NCBI RefSeq assembly: GCF_009914755.1
Contig: NC_060936.1
Direction: 5' to 3' (one strand)
Length of the DNA: 64,000 nt
Origin: the human T2T-CHM13v2.0 reference genome, Homo sapiens
Position 1 is the first letter of the stretch. Every line of letters starts with the position of its first letter. Under the pieces are notes generated by a model that ran no database searches, was not told where the DNA came from, and was given only the letters and a program-made list of their open reading frames with translations. Below, piece after piece: positions 1 through 10,184 of this stretch. The translations under genes and the position numbers were made by a program.

Positions 1-380
1 CCAGATGGCTGGTTCCTGCCTTAACTGATGACATTCCACCACAAAAGAAGTGAAAATGGCCTGTTCCTGCCTTAACTGATGACATTATCTTGTGAAATTC
101 CTTCTCCTGGCTCATCCTGGCTCTAAAGCTCCCCTACTGAGCACCTTGTAACCTCCACTCCTGCCCACCAGAGAACAACCCCCCTTTTTCGTCTCCTGCC
201 CACCAGAGAACAACTCCCCTTTTTCGTTTACCTACCCAAATCCTATAAAACGGCCCCACCCCTATCTCCCTTTGCTGACTCCCTTTTCAGACTCAGCCGG
301 CCTGCACCCAGGTGAAATAAACAGCCCTGTTGCTCACACAAAGCCTGCTTGGTGGTCTCTTCACACGGATGTGCATGAAA
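1..380 (+). mobile_element. HERV-H 5' LTR (LTR7 family); start lies before the window
   Basis: Two copies of GTTCCTGCCTTAACTGATGACATT, TATAAAA at 244-250, AATAAA at 316-321, and an end at ...GTGCATGAAA directly before the PBS. Matches the recalled LTR7 consensus. Confidence 0.95.
244..250 (+). promoter_or_regulatory. LTR7 TATA box
   Basis: TATAAAA in the U3 context CCTATAAAACGGCCCCACCCC typical of HERV-H LTRs. Confidence 0.85.
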
Positions 381-382
381 TT

Positions 383-400
383 TGGTGCCACGACTTGGAT
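383..400 (+). promoter_or_regulatory. tRNA-His primer binding site of HERV-H
   Basis: TGGTGCCACGACTTGGAT versus canonical TGGTGCCGTGACTCGGAT (3 mismatches), 2 nt after the LTR end. Confidence 0.9.
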
Positions 401-470
401 TGGGGGACCTCCCTTGGGAGATCAATCCCCTGTCCTGCTCTTTGCTCCGTGAGAAAGATCCACCTATGAA

Positions 471-2056
471 CTTCCACCCTCCATTCCTCCTTCTTCTCCC
501 TTAGCCTGTGTTCTTAAGAACTTAAAACCTCTTCAACTCTCTCCTGACCTAAAATCTAAGCGTCTTATTTTCTTCTGCAACACTGCTTGGCCCCAATACA
601 AACTTGACAATGGCTCTAAATGGCCAGAAAACAGCACTTTCGATTTCTCCATCCTACAAGACCTAAATAATTTTTGTCAAAAAATGGGCAAATGGTCTGA
701 GGTGCCTTACATCCAGGCATTTTTCCCACTTCATTCCCTCCCTAGTCTCTGTTCCCAATGCGATTCCTCCCAAATCCTCCTTCTTTCCCTCCCGCCTGTC
801 CCCTCTGTCCCAACCCCAAGCATCGCTGAGTCTTTCCAGTCTTCCTTTTCTACAGACCCATCTGACCTCTCCCCTTCTCCCCAAGCTGCTCATTGCCAGG
901 CCGAGCTAAGTCCCAATTCTCCCTCAGCTTCCGCTCCTCCACCCTATAATCCTTCTATCACTTCCCCTCCTCACACCCGGTCCAGCTTACAGTTTAGTTC
1001 CGTGACTAGCTCTTCCCCACCTGCCCAACAATTTCCTCTTAGAGAGGTGGCTAGAGCTGAAGGCATAGTCAGGGTACATGTACCTTTTTCTCTATCAGAC
1101 CTCTCTCAGATCAGTCAGCGTTTAGGCCCTTTCTCATCAGACCCCACTAAATATATACAGGAATTCCAATATCTAACTCTGTCCTACAATTTAACCTGGA
1201 GTGACTTAAATGTTATCCTGATTTCTACCCTCTCCCCAGATGAACAGGAAAGAGTTTTTTCTCTAGCCCAATCTCATGCTGATAACCGCTGGCTTCAAGA
1301 ACCAGACCTCCAGGAAGGCATTAGAGCAGTTCCCTGAGAGGATCCCCAATGGAACTATCAGGCAGATTCCACAGGTATAGCTAGGCAAGATTACATGATT
1401 TCCTGCCTAGCTGAAGGGCTTAAAAGGGCAGCTTACAAAGCTGTTAATTATGACAAGCTTAAAGAAACTACCCAAGGTAAAGACGAAAACCTAGCCCAGT
1501 TCATGGCCCGCTTAGCAGCAACCCTTAGACGCTTTACCGCCCTAGACCCAGAAGGGCCAGAAGGCGGTCTTATTCTTAATATGCATTTTATCACCCAATC
1601 CACTCCTGACATTGGGAAAAAACTTCAAAAGTTAGAATCTCGCCCTCAAACCCCACAACAGGAATTAACCTCGCCTTCAAGGTGTACAATAATGGAGAGG
1701 AGGTAGCCAGACAGCAATGCATTTCTGAGTTACAGCTGCTTGCCTCCGCTGTAAGACAGCCCACAACCACGTCTCCAGCATACAAGAACTTCAGAACATC
1801 CAAGTCACAGCTCCCAGGGGCTCCTTCAAAACATCCTCGTGGGCCTTGCTTCAAATGCCAAAAGCATAGCCACTAGGCCAAGGAGTGCCTGCAGCCTGGG
1901 ATTCCTCCTAGGATGTGCCCTGTCTGTGCGGGCCCCCACTGGAGGTCAGACTGTCTGACTCACATCGCCGCCACTCCTAAAGCCCCTGGAGCCCAAACCC
2001 AACGTTCCTTGGCTGACTCCTTCCCAGATCTCCTTGGCTTTGTGGCTGAAGACTGA
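471..2056 (+). pseudogene. gag: HERV-H gag remnant (MA-CA-NC)
   Basis: Frame opens with LPPSIPPSSPLACVLKNLKPLQL at 471; the initiator Met-Gly is missing. TGA at 1335-1337, frameshift near 1670. Zinc knuckles are CFKCQKHSH*AKEC (Trp to stop) and CPVCAGPHWRSDC. The gag TGA at 2054-2056 is in frame with pro. Confidence 0.92.
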
Positions 2057-3631
2057 CGCTGCCCGATCGCCTTGGAAGCCCCCTGGACCATCACGGACAC
2101 CGAGCTTCAGGTAACTCTTACAGTGGAGGGTAAGTCTGTCCCCTGTTTAATTGATATGGGGGCTACCCACTCCACATTACCTTCTTTTCAAGGGCCTGTT
2201 TCCCTTGCCCCCATAACTGTTGTGGGTATTGACGGCCAAGCTTCAAAACACCTTAAAGCTCCCCTACTTTGGTGCCAACTTGGACAACCTTCTTTTAAGC
2301 ACTCTTTTTTAGTTATCCCCACCTGCCCAGTTCCTTTATTAGGCCAAGACATTTTAACCAAATTATCTGCTTCCCTGACTATTCCTGGACTACAGCCACA
2401 TCTCATTGCCACTCTTCTTCCCAACCCAAAGCTTCCTTTGCGTCTTCCTCTTGTATCCCCCTACCTTGACCCACAAGTATGGGACATCTTTACTCCCTCC
2501 CTGGCAACCGATCACATGCCCATTACCATCCCATTAAAACCTAATCACCCTTACCCTGCTCAACGCCAGTATCCCATCCCACAGCACGCTTTAAAGGGAT
2601 TAAAGCCTGTTATCACTCACCTGTTACAGCATGGGCTTCTAAAACCTATAAACTCTCCTTACAATTCCCCCATTTCACCTGTCCAAAAACCTCACAAGTC
2701 TTACAGATTAGTTGAGGATCTGTGCCTTATCAACCAAATTGTTTTGCTTATCTACCCTGTGGTGCCCAACCCATACACTCTTTTGTCCTCAATACATTCC
2801 TCCACAACTCACTATTCCATTCTTGATCTTAAAGATGCTTTTTTCACTATTCTCCTGTACCCCTCATCCCAGCCTCTCTTTGCTTTCACTTGGACTGACC
2901 CTGACACCCATCAGTCCCAGCAGCTTACCTGGGCTGTGCTGCCGCAGGGTTTCAGGGACAGCTCTCATTACTTCAGCCAAGCTCTTTCTCATGATTTACT
3001 TTCTTTCCACCCCTCCGCTTCTCACCTTATTCAATATATTGATGACCTTCTTCTTTGTAGCCCCTCCTTTGAATCTTCTCAACAAGACACCCTTCTGCTC
3101 CTTCAGCATTTATTCTCCAAAGGATATTGGGTGTCCCCCTCCAAAGCTCAAATTTCTTCTCCATCCGTAATCTACCTCAGCATAATTCTTCATAAAAATG
3201 CACATGCTCTCCCTGCCAATCGTGTCCGACTGATCTCTCAAACCCCAACACCTTCTACAAAACAACAACTCCTTTCCTTCCTAGGCATGGTTGGATACTT
3301 TCGATTTTGGATGCCTGGTTTCGCCATCTTAACAAAACCATTATATAAACTCACAAAAGGAAACCTAGCTGACCCCATAGATCCTAAATCCTTTCTCCAT
3401 TCCTCTTTCCGTTCCTTGAAGACAGCTTTAGAGACTGAAGCCACCCTAGCTCTCCCTGACTCATCCCAACCCTTTTCATTACCCACAGCTGGGCTGGAAG
3501 TGCAGGGCTGTGCAGTCAGAATTGTTACACAAGGGCCGGGACCACGCCCTGTAGCCTTTTGTTCCAAACAACTTGACCTTACTGTTTTGCCTAGCCCTCA
3601 AGTCTGCATGCAGCAGCCACCACTGCCCTAA
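2057..3631 (+). CDS. pol: HERV-H pro-pol open frame: protease plus reverse transcriptase, frameshifted in the tether region
   Basis: LIDMGATHS (protease D-T-G changed to D-M-G), LLGQDIL, QYPI, SPYNSP, LDLKDAFF, LPQG, YIDD, FLGMVGYFR. The track's TTG start at 2072 is not a real initiator. Expression is not shown. Confidence 0.85.
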   Translation, partial: RCPIALEAPWTITDTELQVTLTVEGKSVPCLIDMGATHSTLPSFQGPVSLAPITVVGIDGQASKHLKAPLLWCQLGQPSFKHSFLVIPTCPVPLLGQDILTKLSASLTIPGLQPHLIATLLPNPKLPLRLPLVSPYLDPQVWDIFTPSLATDHMPITIPLKPNHPYPAQRQYPIPQHALKGLKPVITHLLQHGLLKPINSPYNSPISPVQKPHKSYRLVEDLCLINQIVLLIYPVVPNPYTLLSSIHSSTTHYSILDLKDAFFTILLYPSSQPLFAFTWTDPDTHQSQQLTWAVLPQGFRDSSHYFSQALSHDLLSFHPSASHLIQYIDDLLLCSPSFESSQQDTLLLLQHLFSKGYWVSPSKAQISSPSVIYLSIILHKNAHALPANRVRLISQTPTPSTKQQLLSFLGMVGYFRFWMPGFAILTKPLYKLTKGNLADPIDPKSFLHSSFRSLKTALETEATLALPDSSQPFSLPTAGLEVQGCAVRIVTQGPGPRPVAFCSKQLDLTVLPSPQVCMQQPPLP

Positions 3632-4961
3632 TACTTTTAGAGACCCTTAAAATCACAAACTATGCTCAACTCACTCTTCTACAGTTCTCATAACTTACAA
3701 AATGTATTTTCTTCCTCACACCTGACACATATACTTTCTGTTCCCGTGCTCCTTCAGCTATACTCACTCTTTGTTAAGTCTCCCACCATTACCATTGTTC
3801 CTGGCACAGACTTCAATCCGCCTTCCGCATTATTCTGGATACCACACCTGATCCTCATGACTGTATCTCTCTGATCCACCTGACAGTTTGTATATGGTTT
3901 GTTGACATTCCAAACACACTCCTTTTTCTCCTCCTTATATACCTCCTTTTAAGTGATCTCATCAACACTTGTGACTGTAAATATCACATTTATGTCAAGA
4001 CTCTCAGATTTAGAATCTCCAGCTAGAATCTTGTTTGTCCTCTAGGCCAGTATGTCTTAATGCCATCCTGAAATCTGAACATAAAGTCTCAAAAAGGTCT
4101 CAAACTTAACATTTCCCAAGCCAAACCCAGGCCAAACCCCTTTTTTTCCACCCCTGAATACTTCAACTTCTCTCCCAGCCTAACTTTCTCAGTGAATGCC
4201 TCTGTCATGGACCTCATTGCAGTGAATGGCAGTATCATTGGCCAAATAAAAATATGGAAATCATTTTTCTCCTAACCAACTCACCCAACCCTGGTGCTAG
4301 GTCAATTTTATCTCCAGAGCATATGTTTCCATCTCCCTGATCACTACCATAGTCCAAGTCTTTATCACCTCTTGATTATACCACTACAGGAGTGTCCAAA
4401 TTTGCCCTCTGAGAAGGCCAACTCACTTGCCCTCTTAAACTTCTTCCTTTTCATTCTTCTCACAGCAACCAGAATGATCATTTTAAACCATTTCTCTAAT
4501 CACATTACTTCTCTGCTTAAAATTCTTTAAAATCTTCTTCTTGTACAGAGAATAAAGACCAAAATGTTTAGCATGACTTGTAAGTCCCTGCAAAATTCAG
4601 ACTTTGTGTAATTTTCACCTACATCCCATGCCACTGTGCCCCTTGTTCACTGTTCTCTAGTTACATTGATCTCTGTCTGTTAAGGTCTTCGGCATGCCAA
4701 GCTCCTTCCTGCCACAGCTCTTGCCTCTACTGGCACATCTTTCTCCCTCACTCTACATCACTGGTGCCATTGCATCCTTAGATATCCATGGGTGCCACCT
4801 CCTATTCTAAAGCATGTCCTCCTCCTTAATCTCTCCCATGATCTCCTCTTCTTTTCTTTCAAAGCACTAATATAAGCTATTTACTTGTTACTTATATTTT
4901 TTCTATTAACCTTAAGCACAATGAAAGTAGGAGACATGGCTGGTTTGTTTATTACTATCCC

Positions 4962-5249
4962 CTAACAATGAGGATACATCTTGAAAAATGTGTCTTTAGG
5001 TGATTTCATCATTGTGTGACATCATAGAATGAACAGTATTTACACAAACCTAGATGATATAGCCTATTACACAGCTAGGGTTTGTGGTATAGCCTATTGC
5101 TTCTAGGCCATAAACCTGTACAGCATATTACTGTACTTCATACTGTAGGCAAGCGTAACACATTGGTAAGTATTTGTTACTGTGTGTGTGTATACATATA
5201 CATACATATATATATATATACACATACATATATATATACACATATATAT

Positions 5250-5293
<44 letters not shown>

Positions 5294-5507
5294 CAAAAGG
5301 GGGCCAAACTCATCCTTTTATAAGGAATTCACCTTTGTGATTAAAAAACTCATATATATATATATATATACACACACACAAATATATATGTACACACACG
5401 AAGACATATATGTACACACACAAATATGTGGTATTATAATCTTATAGAACCACCGTCACATATGTGGTCCATTGTTGACTGAAACATTGTTTTGTGATGC
5501 ATGATTG
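4962..5507 (+). mobile_element. Tigger3a/MER7-like DNA transposon with internal microsatellite
   Basis: TACACAAACCTAGATG...TATAGCCTATTGCTTCTAGG...AAACCTGTACAGCAT and 3' end GTCCATTGTTGACTGAAAC...CATGATTG. Confidence 0.8.
5181..5425. repeat. Compound (TG)/(TA)/(CA) microsatellite containing a 63-bp foreign insert
   Basis: Seen directly. The non-repetitive insert is at 5290-5352. Confidence 0.95.
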
Positions 5508-5832
5508 TATATAGCCAGCACCATATAGCATGCCTAATACATAGTAAGTACTCAATAAGTAATTTTGAATGAGTAAACAGATGAATATGTAGACAAATAA
5601 ATCAAGTAAAATCTTACTTCGTGATATCAAGTATGCAAGGAATATCACATTTCCATGTATTGAGTAAAATCTGTTGCTGAGATCTCAATTCATTCTGTAG
5701 AGTGAGGAAATTCAAACTCATATTTTTTGGAGGAGGACTCTCCTCTCTAGAGGCACATCAGGACTGTGGAGGCTTATGCAGTGCCCATAAAATAAGGAAA
5801 AGGCTCTCATCTTCGTCTCTTAATTTAATTAA

Positions 5833-5965
5833 CCCATTTATGGCTAGTGTTCCATTATTGCAATGCTAAGCTTGTGAGAGCTATTTATAGCCTACTGCTC
5901 AAGGTCATGGCCAAGGTCTGATTTTTTACACACACACAAAAATTGCAACCTCTCATATAAATGGG
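5833..5965 (+). mobile_element. MER85 (non-autonomous piggyBac/PGBD3 derivative)
   Basis: TTAA|CCCATTTATG ... ATAAATGGG|TAAA terminal inverted repeats, and internal GTTCCATTATTGCAATGCTAAGCTTGTG...CAAGGTC. Confidence 0.9.
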
Positions 5966-6538
5966 TAAAGAGGTTTTTACTGTCATGCTGCCTAGCCCCT
6001 TAAAGAGAGGCTGCTCTGCTTCTCTCAGGTGATGCTTGAGCAAATAAATCTTTGCTAATTGAGGCCATGAGCCTCAATGTCTAAGATCCACCCTTTTCTT
6101 GGATTCACAGACACTTCTTTCTAAAGCTTGCCATTTCCCAGGACACTGCCAAGGGCCAGGGCTCAGATCTCTCTCTTTGTCCTTGTTGTCATATTCTGAG
6201 CTGTAAGCTTTGGCTATAAGTGTACATTTGAGTTCAGCTGATGCAAAGTATAACATGTAACAATATCTAGATGAGATTTGTTAATTTATGCTTTTGCCAA
6301 AGATAACAAATTATTGTAAATGATGAAGCCAACTTTGCGGAATTAGAATTATTGACATTTTACTATACTGTTAATGGAAACATAAATGTTTACAGACTAC
6401 TATAATTAACAAGTAACAGAGGTCTGATATAACATCTAATCCCACTCCACTAAGGGATTTTGTGAAAACTCTTGTTTGGATAAAGAAATTCTCCCTCCGT
6501 ATCTCTCTCTCTAAATTCTACAGACTCTTCTCTGTGTC

Positions 6539-6931
6539 TTTCTTAGTCTGTTTTGTGCTGATATAACAGAATATCACAGACTGGATAATTTAAAATGAGC
6601 ATAAATTTATTCACTCATAGTTCTGGAGGCTGGGAAGCCCAAGAGCAGGGGGCCAGTGTCTGGTGAGGGTCTTCTTGCTACATCATCTCATGGAAGAATA
6701 GCAAAGAGAGGGAAAAAATGAGAGACAAAAGAGGGCCAAACTCATCCTTTTATCAGGAATTCACTCCTGTGATTAAAAAAACTCACTCCCATAATAATGG
6801 CATTAATTTATTCATGAGACAGAGCCCTCATAGCCTAATCACCTTTTAAAGTCCTCACCTCTCAACACTGCCACATGGGGGAATCAAGTTTCCAACACGT
6901 GAACTTTGGAAGACACAGTCAAACCAGAGCA
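6539..6931 (-). mobile_element. MaLR 3' LTR (MLT1A/MST-like)
   Basis: TCTTAGTCTGTTT...AATTTATT...GTTCTGGAGGCTGGGAAG...CAAACCAGAGCA; paired with 9049-9428. Confidence 0.85.
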
Positions 6932-7156
6932 TACTTCCCCGGCCCCTGAAATTTATGTCCTTCTCACATGCAAAATACACTCAATTCATTCCAATAGCTC
7001 CCCAAATCTTAACTCATTCCAGCATCAGCTCAACAGTTCAAAATCTAAAATCTCATCTAAATCAGATATGAGACTCAAGACACAATTCATCTTGAGGCAA
7101 ATGTCCCTCAAGCTGTAAACCTGTGAAATCAAAACAAGTTATCTACATCTAAAATA

Positions 7157-7458
7157 CAGTGACCCCCGCCCCCTTATTCTTGGAGGATACTTTCCAAGAC
7201 CTCCAGTTGATGCCTATACATATTATGTTTTTCCTATAAATACATATATACGATAAAGTTTAATTTATAAATCAGACAGTGAGAGATTAACAATTATAAC
7301 AATAAAATAGACTATAACAATATACTGTAATAAAAGTTATGTCAATAGGGTGTCTCTCTCTATCTCTCTCAAGATCTTATTACATTGTCCTCACCTATTT
7401 TTGTACCATGAGTAACTGAAACTGCATGAAGCATAACCAGGGATTAGGGGAGACTATT
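7157..7458 (-). mobile_element. MER44A-like (Tigger7 derivative) nested in MaLR-int
   Basis: TA|CAGT...CCCCTTATTC and GGATTAGGGGAGACTA termini; AAAGTTTAATTTATAAAT core. Confidence 0.8.
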
Positions 7459-8372
7459 ATGCAATGGTGGGACAGGCATAAAATAGACATTCTCATTCCA
7501 AAAGAAATAAATAAACAAGAAAAAAGAGGTACCTGATCCCAGTGAGTCTAAAATCCAACAGGATGAACAACATTAAATCTTGTCTGAGGAATAATCTTCC
7601 TTGACTCCATGTACCACTTTCTGGACACATTGTTGTAGGAATTGGGTCCTAAAGACCTTGGGAAACCCTGTCTCTGTGGTCTTGCTGGGTGTAGCAACAG
7701 TTCTTATGAGTTGCAGTTGAGTGCCTGCAGCTGTCTCCGACTGGTTTTGCATGCTGATAGCACTATAGTTTTTGAGTATCGTGGGTGGCCCCACTCGCAT
7801 GGCTCCACTAGGAATTGCCCTGGTGGGCACTCTCTGTAGTGGCTACAACTTTTGCATCAAGTTTCTGCCTGGGGACCCAGTTGTTTACAACATCCTTTGA
7901 AATCTAGGTGGAGAGACCCACGCTCACCCAGCTTCTGCATTCTTCATACCTGCAGAATTAGCACCACGTGGACATCACTGGTTTACAGCTTAAGCCTTCC
8001 AGAAAAGCAGAACAAGCCACACCTGGGGCCATTTGAGTCACAGCTGAGGTAGTCAAGGAACTTGTGCCAGAATATGTGGAGCAGAGTCCTGAGGTGGCTC
8101 TGGGCAGTGAGCTCATGGTGGGCAACCAGGATACAAGCCCTGAAGCATCTTGCTCTCCTAGAGCTCTGCGCCTGTGATAGGAGGGACAGCCTTGAAGTTC
8201 TCTAAAATGCCTTTGGAATCTTCCTCCCATTATCTTAATAAATAGCACCTGGCTTTCTTCTGTCCATGCTAATCCTTTTAATCACAGGATTGCTTGGCTG
8301 CACCCTTGTATGTGTTCTTTTTCTCTACATGGCCAGGCTGAGAATTTTCCAGATTTTTACATTTTGCTTTCC

Positions 8373-8513
8373 TTTTTTTTTTTGAGATGGAGTCTTGCTC
8401 TGTCACCCAGGCTGGAGTGCAGTGGTGTGATCTCAGCTCACTGCAAGCTCTGCCTCCCAGGTTCACGCCATTCTCCTGCCTCAGCCTCCTGAGTAGCTGG
8501 GACTACAGGTGCC
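8373..8513 (-). mobile_element. 5'-truncated AluY (right arm only)
   Basis: GCAAGCTC and TTCACGCCATTC AluY diagnostics; TTGCTTTCCTTTT duplicated on both sides. Confidence 0.88.
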
Positions 8514-9048
8514 TTGCTTTCCTTTTAATTATTAATTATGTGTTTAAATAATTTCTCTCCACTATCATCTTACTGAATGCAGCTAAAATAAGCCACATAG
8601 CTCCTTCAATATTTTGCTTAGAAATTTCTTCTGCCAGATATTCTAGTTCATTGCTCTTAAATTCTGTCTTCCATAAAGCCCTAGGACACAATTCAGCCAA
8701 GTCCTTTCTAACTTTGTAATAAGGATGTCCTTGATTCCAGTGTCCGATAAAATATTCCTCAATCCTGTCTGAGACTTCATTGGAATGACATTTACTGTCC
8801 ATATTTCTAATAGCATTCTGACCATGACCATTTAAATAATTTCTAAGAAGTTCTATACTTCCCCTACAATTCTCTTCTTCAGACTCTTCACTAGGATTGT
8901 CCTTAAAGCTCTGTTCACAGCAATACAGGCTTTTCCCAGACTGCTCCTCCAAACTCTTCTAGCCTCTGCTTATTATACAGTTCCAAAGCCGTGTCTACAT
9001 TTTCAGGTATTTGTTTAGCAATACCCTACTTCTCTGGTATGAATTTTC

Positions 9049-9428
9049 TGTCTTACTCTGTTTCATACTGCTATACTAAATACCACAGTTCGGGTAATTT
9101 ATAATAAACATAAATTTATTGGCTAACAATTGTATAGACTTGGAAGTCCAAAATTAGGGGCTGGCAGCTGGTGAGGACCTTCTTGCTGCATCCTCCCATG
9201 ACAGAAAGTGGAAAGGGCAAAGAGAGGGCAACAGAGAGAGAGACAAAAAAAGGCCAAACTTTTTTTTTTTTTTAATAAGGAATCCACTCCTACAATAATG
9301 AACCCACTCCCACAATATCAGCATACATTCATGCAAAGCCGTCATGGCCTAAACACCTCTCAAAACGGCTGCATTGAGGATCAAGTTTCTGACATGCGAA
9401 CTTTGGGGGACACATTCAAACCATAGAA
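9049..9428 (-). mobile_element. MaLR 5' LTR (MLT1A/MST-like)
   Basis: TGTCTTACTCTG...GGGGACACATTCAAACCATAG, homologous to 6539-6931. Confidence 0.85.
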
Positions 9429-10184
9429 ATGCCTCAACACATTTTGTATTTAAATTGTCATTTCTTTATATCAAGACCCTTAAGAGGCGTTACAAATTTT
9501 AAAAAAGAGGGCCTATCAATTGGTTATTTCATTTTTTCTAAGAAAATACATTTTAATTTTATAATGCTTGAAAAATACCAAAAGATATAAAGAAGAAATT
9601 AACAATCACCCATAATCCTACCCTCAGCAATAACCAATGCCATCAAATCTTTATTATGACAGCTTAATCTCACCTGCTGTGTGAAATGCTTTCAGTCAAT
9701 TACCCATTAACTAGGAATGATCTTGTCATCTGAATATGTAGAATTTTGCTACTTTATGACCCTTTCTGAGCACCTTCTGATCACTGCCTCTAATTTCTAC
9801 TTGACCTTAGGTAGTGGACTGGATTCTATCTCAAGTCCTTTTGGAGAGGAGACCAGCTTTTAGTTTAATTTTCACCAATAAAAGGACTTCCTATTGGAGA
9901 ATATCAAATATGTCTTCATACTTCATCATCAATATTATTAAATACTGCTTCTGACTATAATAGTTACATGACTATTTAACCATTTTATCTCTACTGTCAT
10001 GTAGGCTGTCACTTTAAATATAGAATTATAGTCATAATAAAGCAATTCTGCACATCAACATGTATACTAAGTGGCTCAAAGTCCTGAGTATGTAACTCTA
10101 AGTGGCTCTGATGTTGCCATCTACTTCAATTGCCACAGTCACAGAGCTCAAGAAGTAATTTACTTATTCTCTGAAAGAATGATT

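Larger units (their letters stand above)
381..3885 (+). mobile_element. HERV-H internal region (leader-deleted, gag-pro-pol, 3' truncated)
   Basis: Continuous gag, pro and pol homology. HERV-H-like sequence stops at ...CTGATCCACCTGACA. No env or 3' LTR follows. Confidence 0.95.
3940..5595 (+). mobile_element. L2 3' region, interrupted by Tigger3a
   Basis: CTCAAACTTAACAT, ACAGCAACCAGAATGATC...AATCACATTACTTCTCTGCTTAAAA, and terminal TAAGTACTCAATAAGTAATTTTGAATGA. Confidence 0.75.
6932..9048 (-). mobile_element. MaLR internal region with degenerate gag-derived ORF (8536-8952)
   Basis: Reverse-strand start GAAAATTCATACCAGAGA. The ORF fragment HWNQGHPYYKVRKDLAELCPRALWKTEFKSNELEYLAEEISKQ is typical of MaLR-int. 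Confidence 0.85.

Noticed and set aside
2712-3170. 152-aa alternative-frame ORF within pol
   Set aside because: Non-ATG start and Leu/Pro/Ser-rich composition expected from the C/T-rich HERV-H strand; no motif.
5082-5313. YIYI-rich ORFs on both strands
   Set aside because: Translations of the TA/CA microsatellite.
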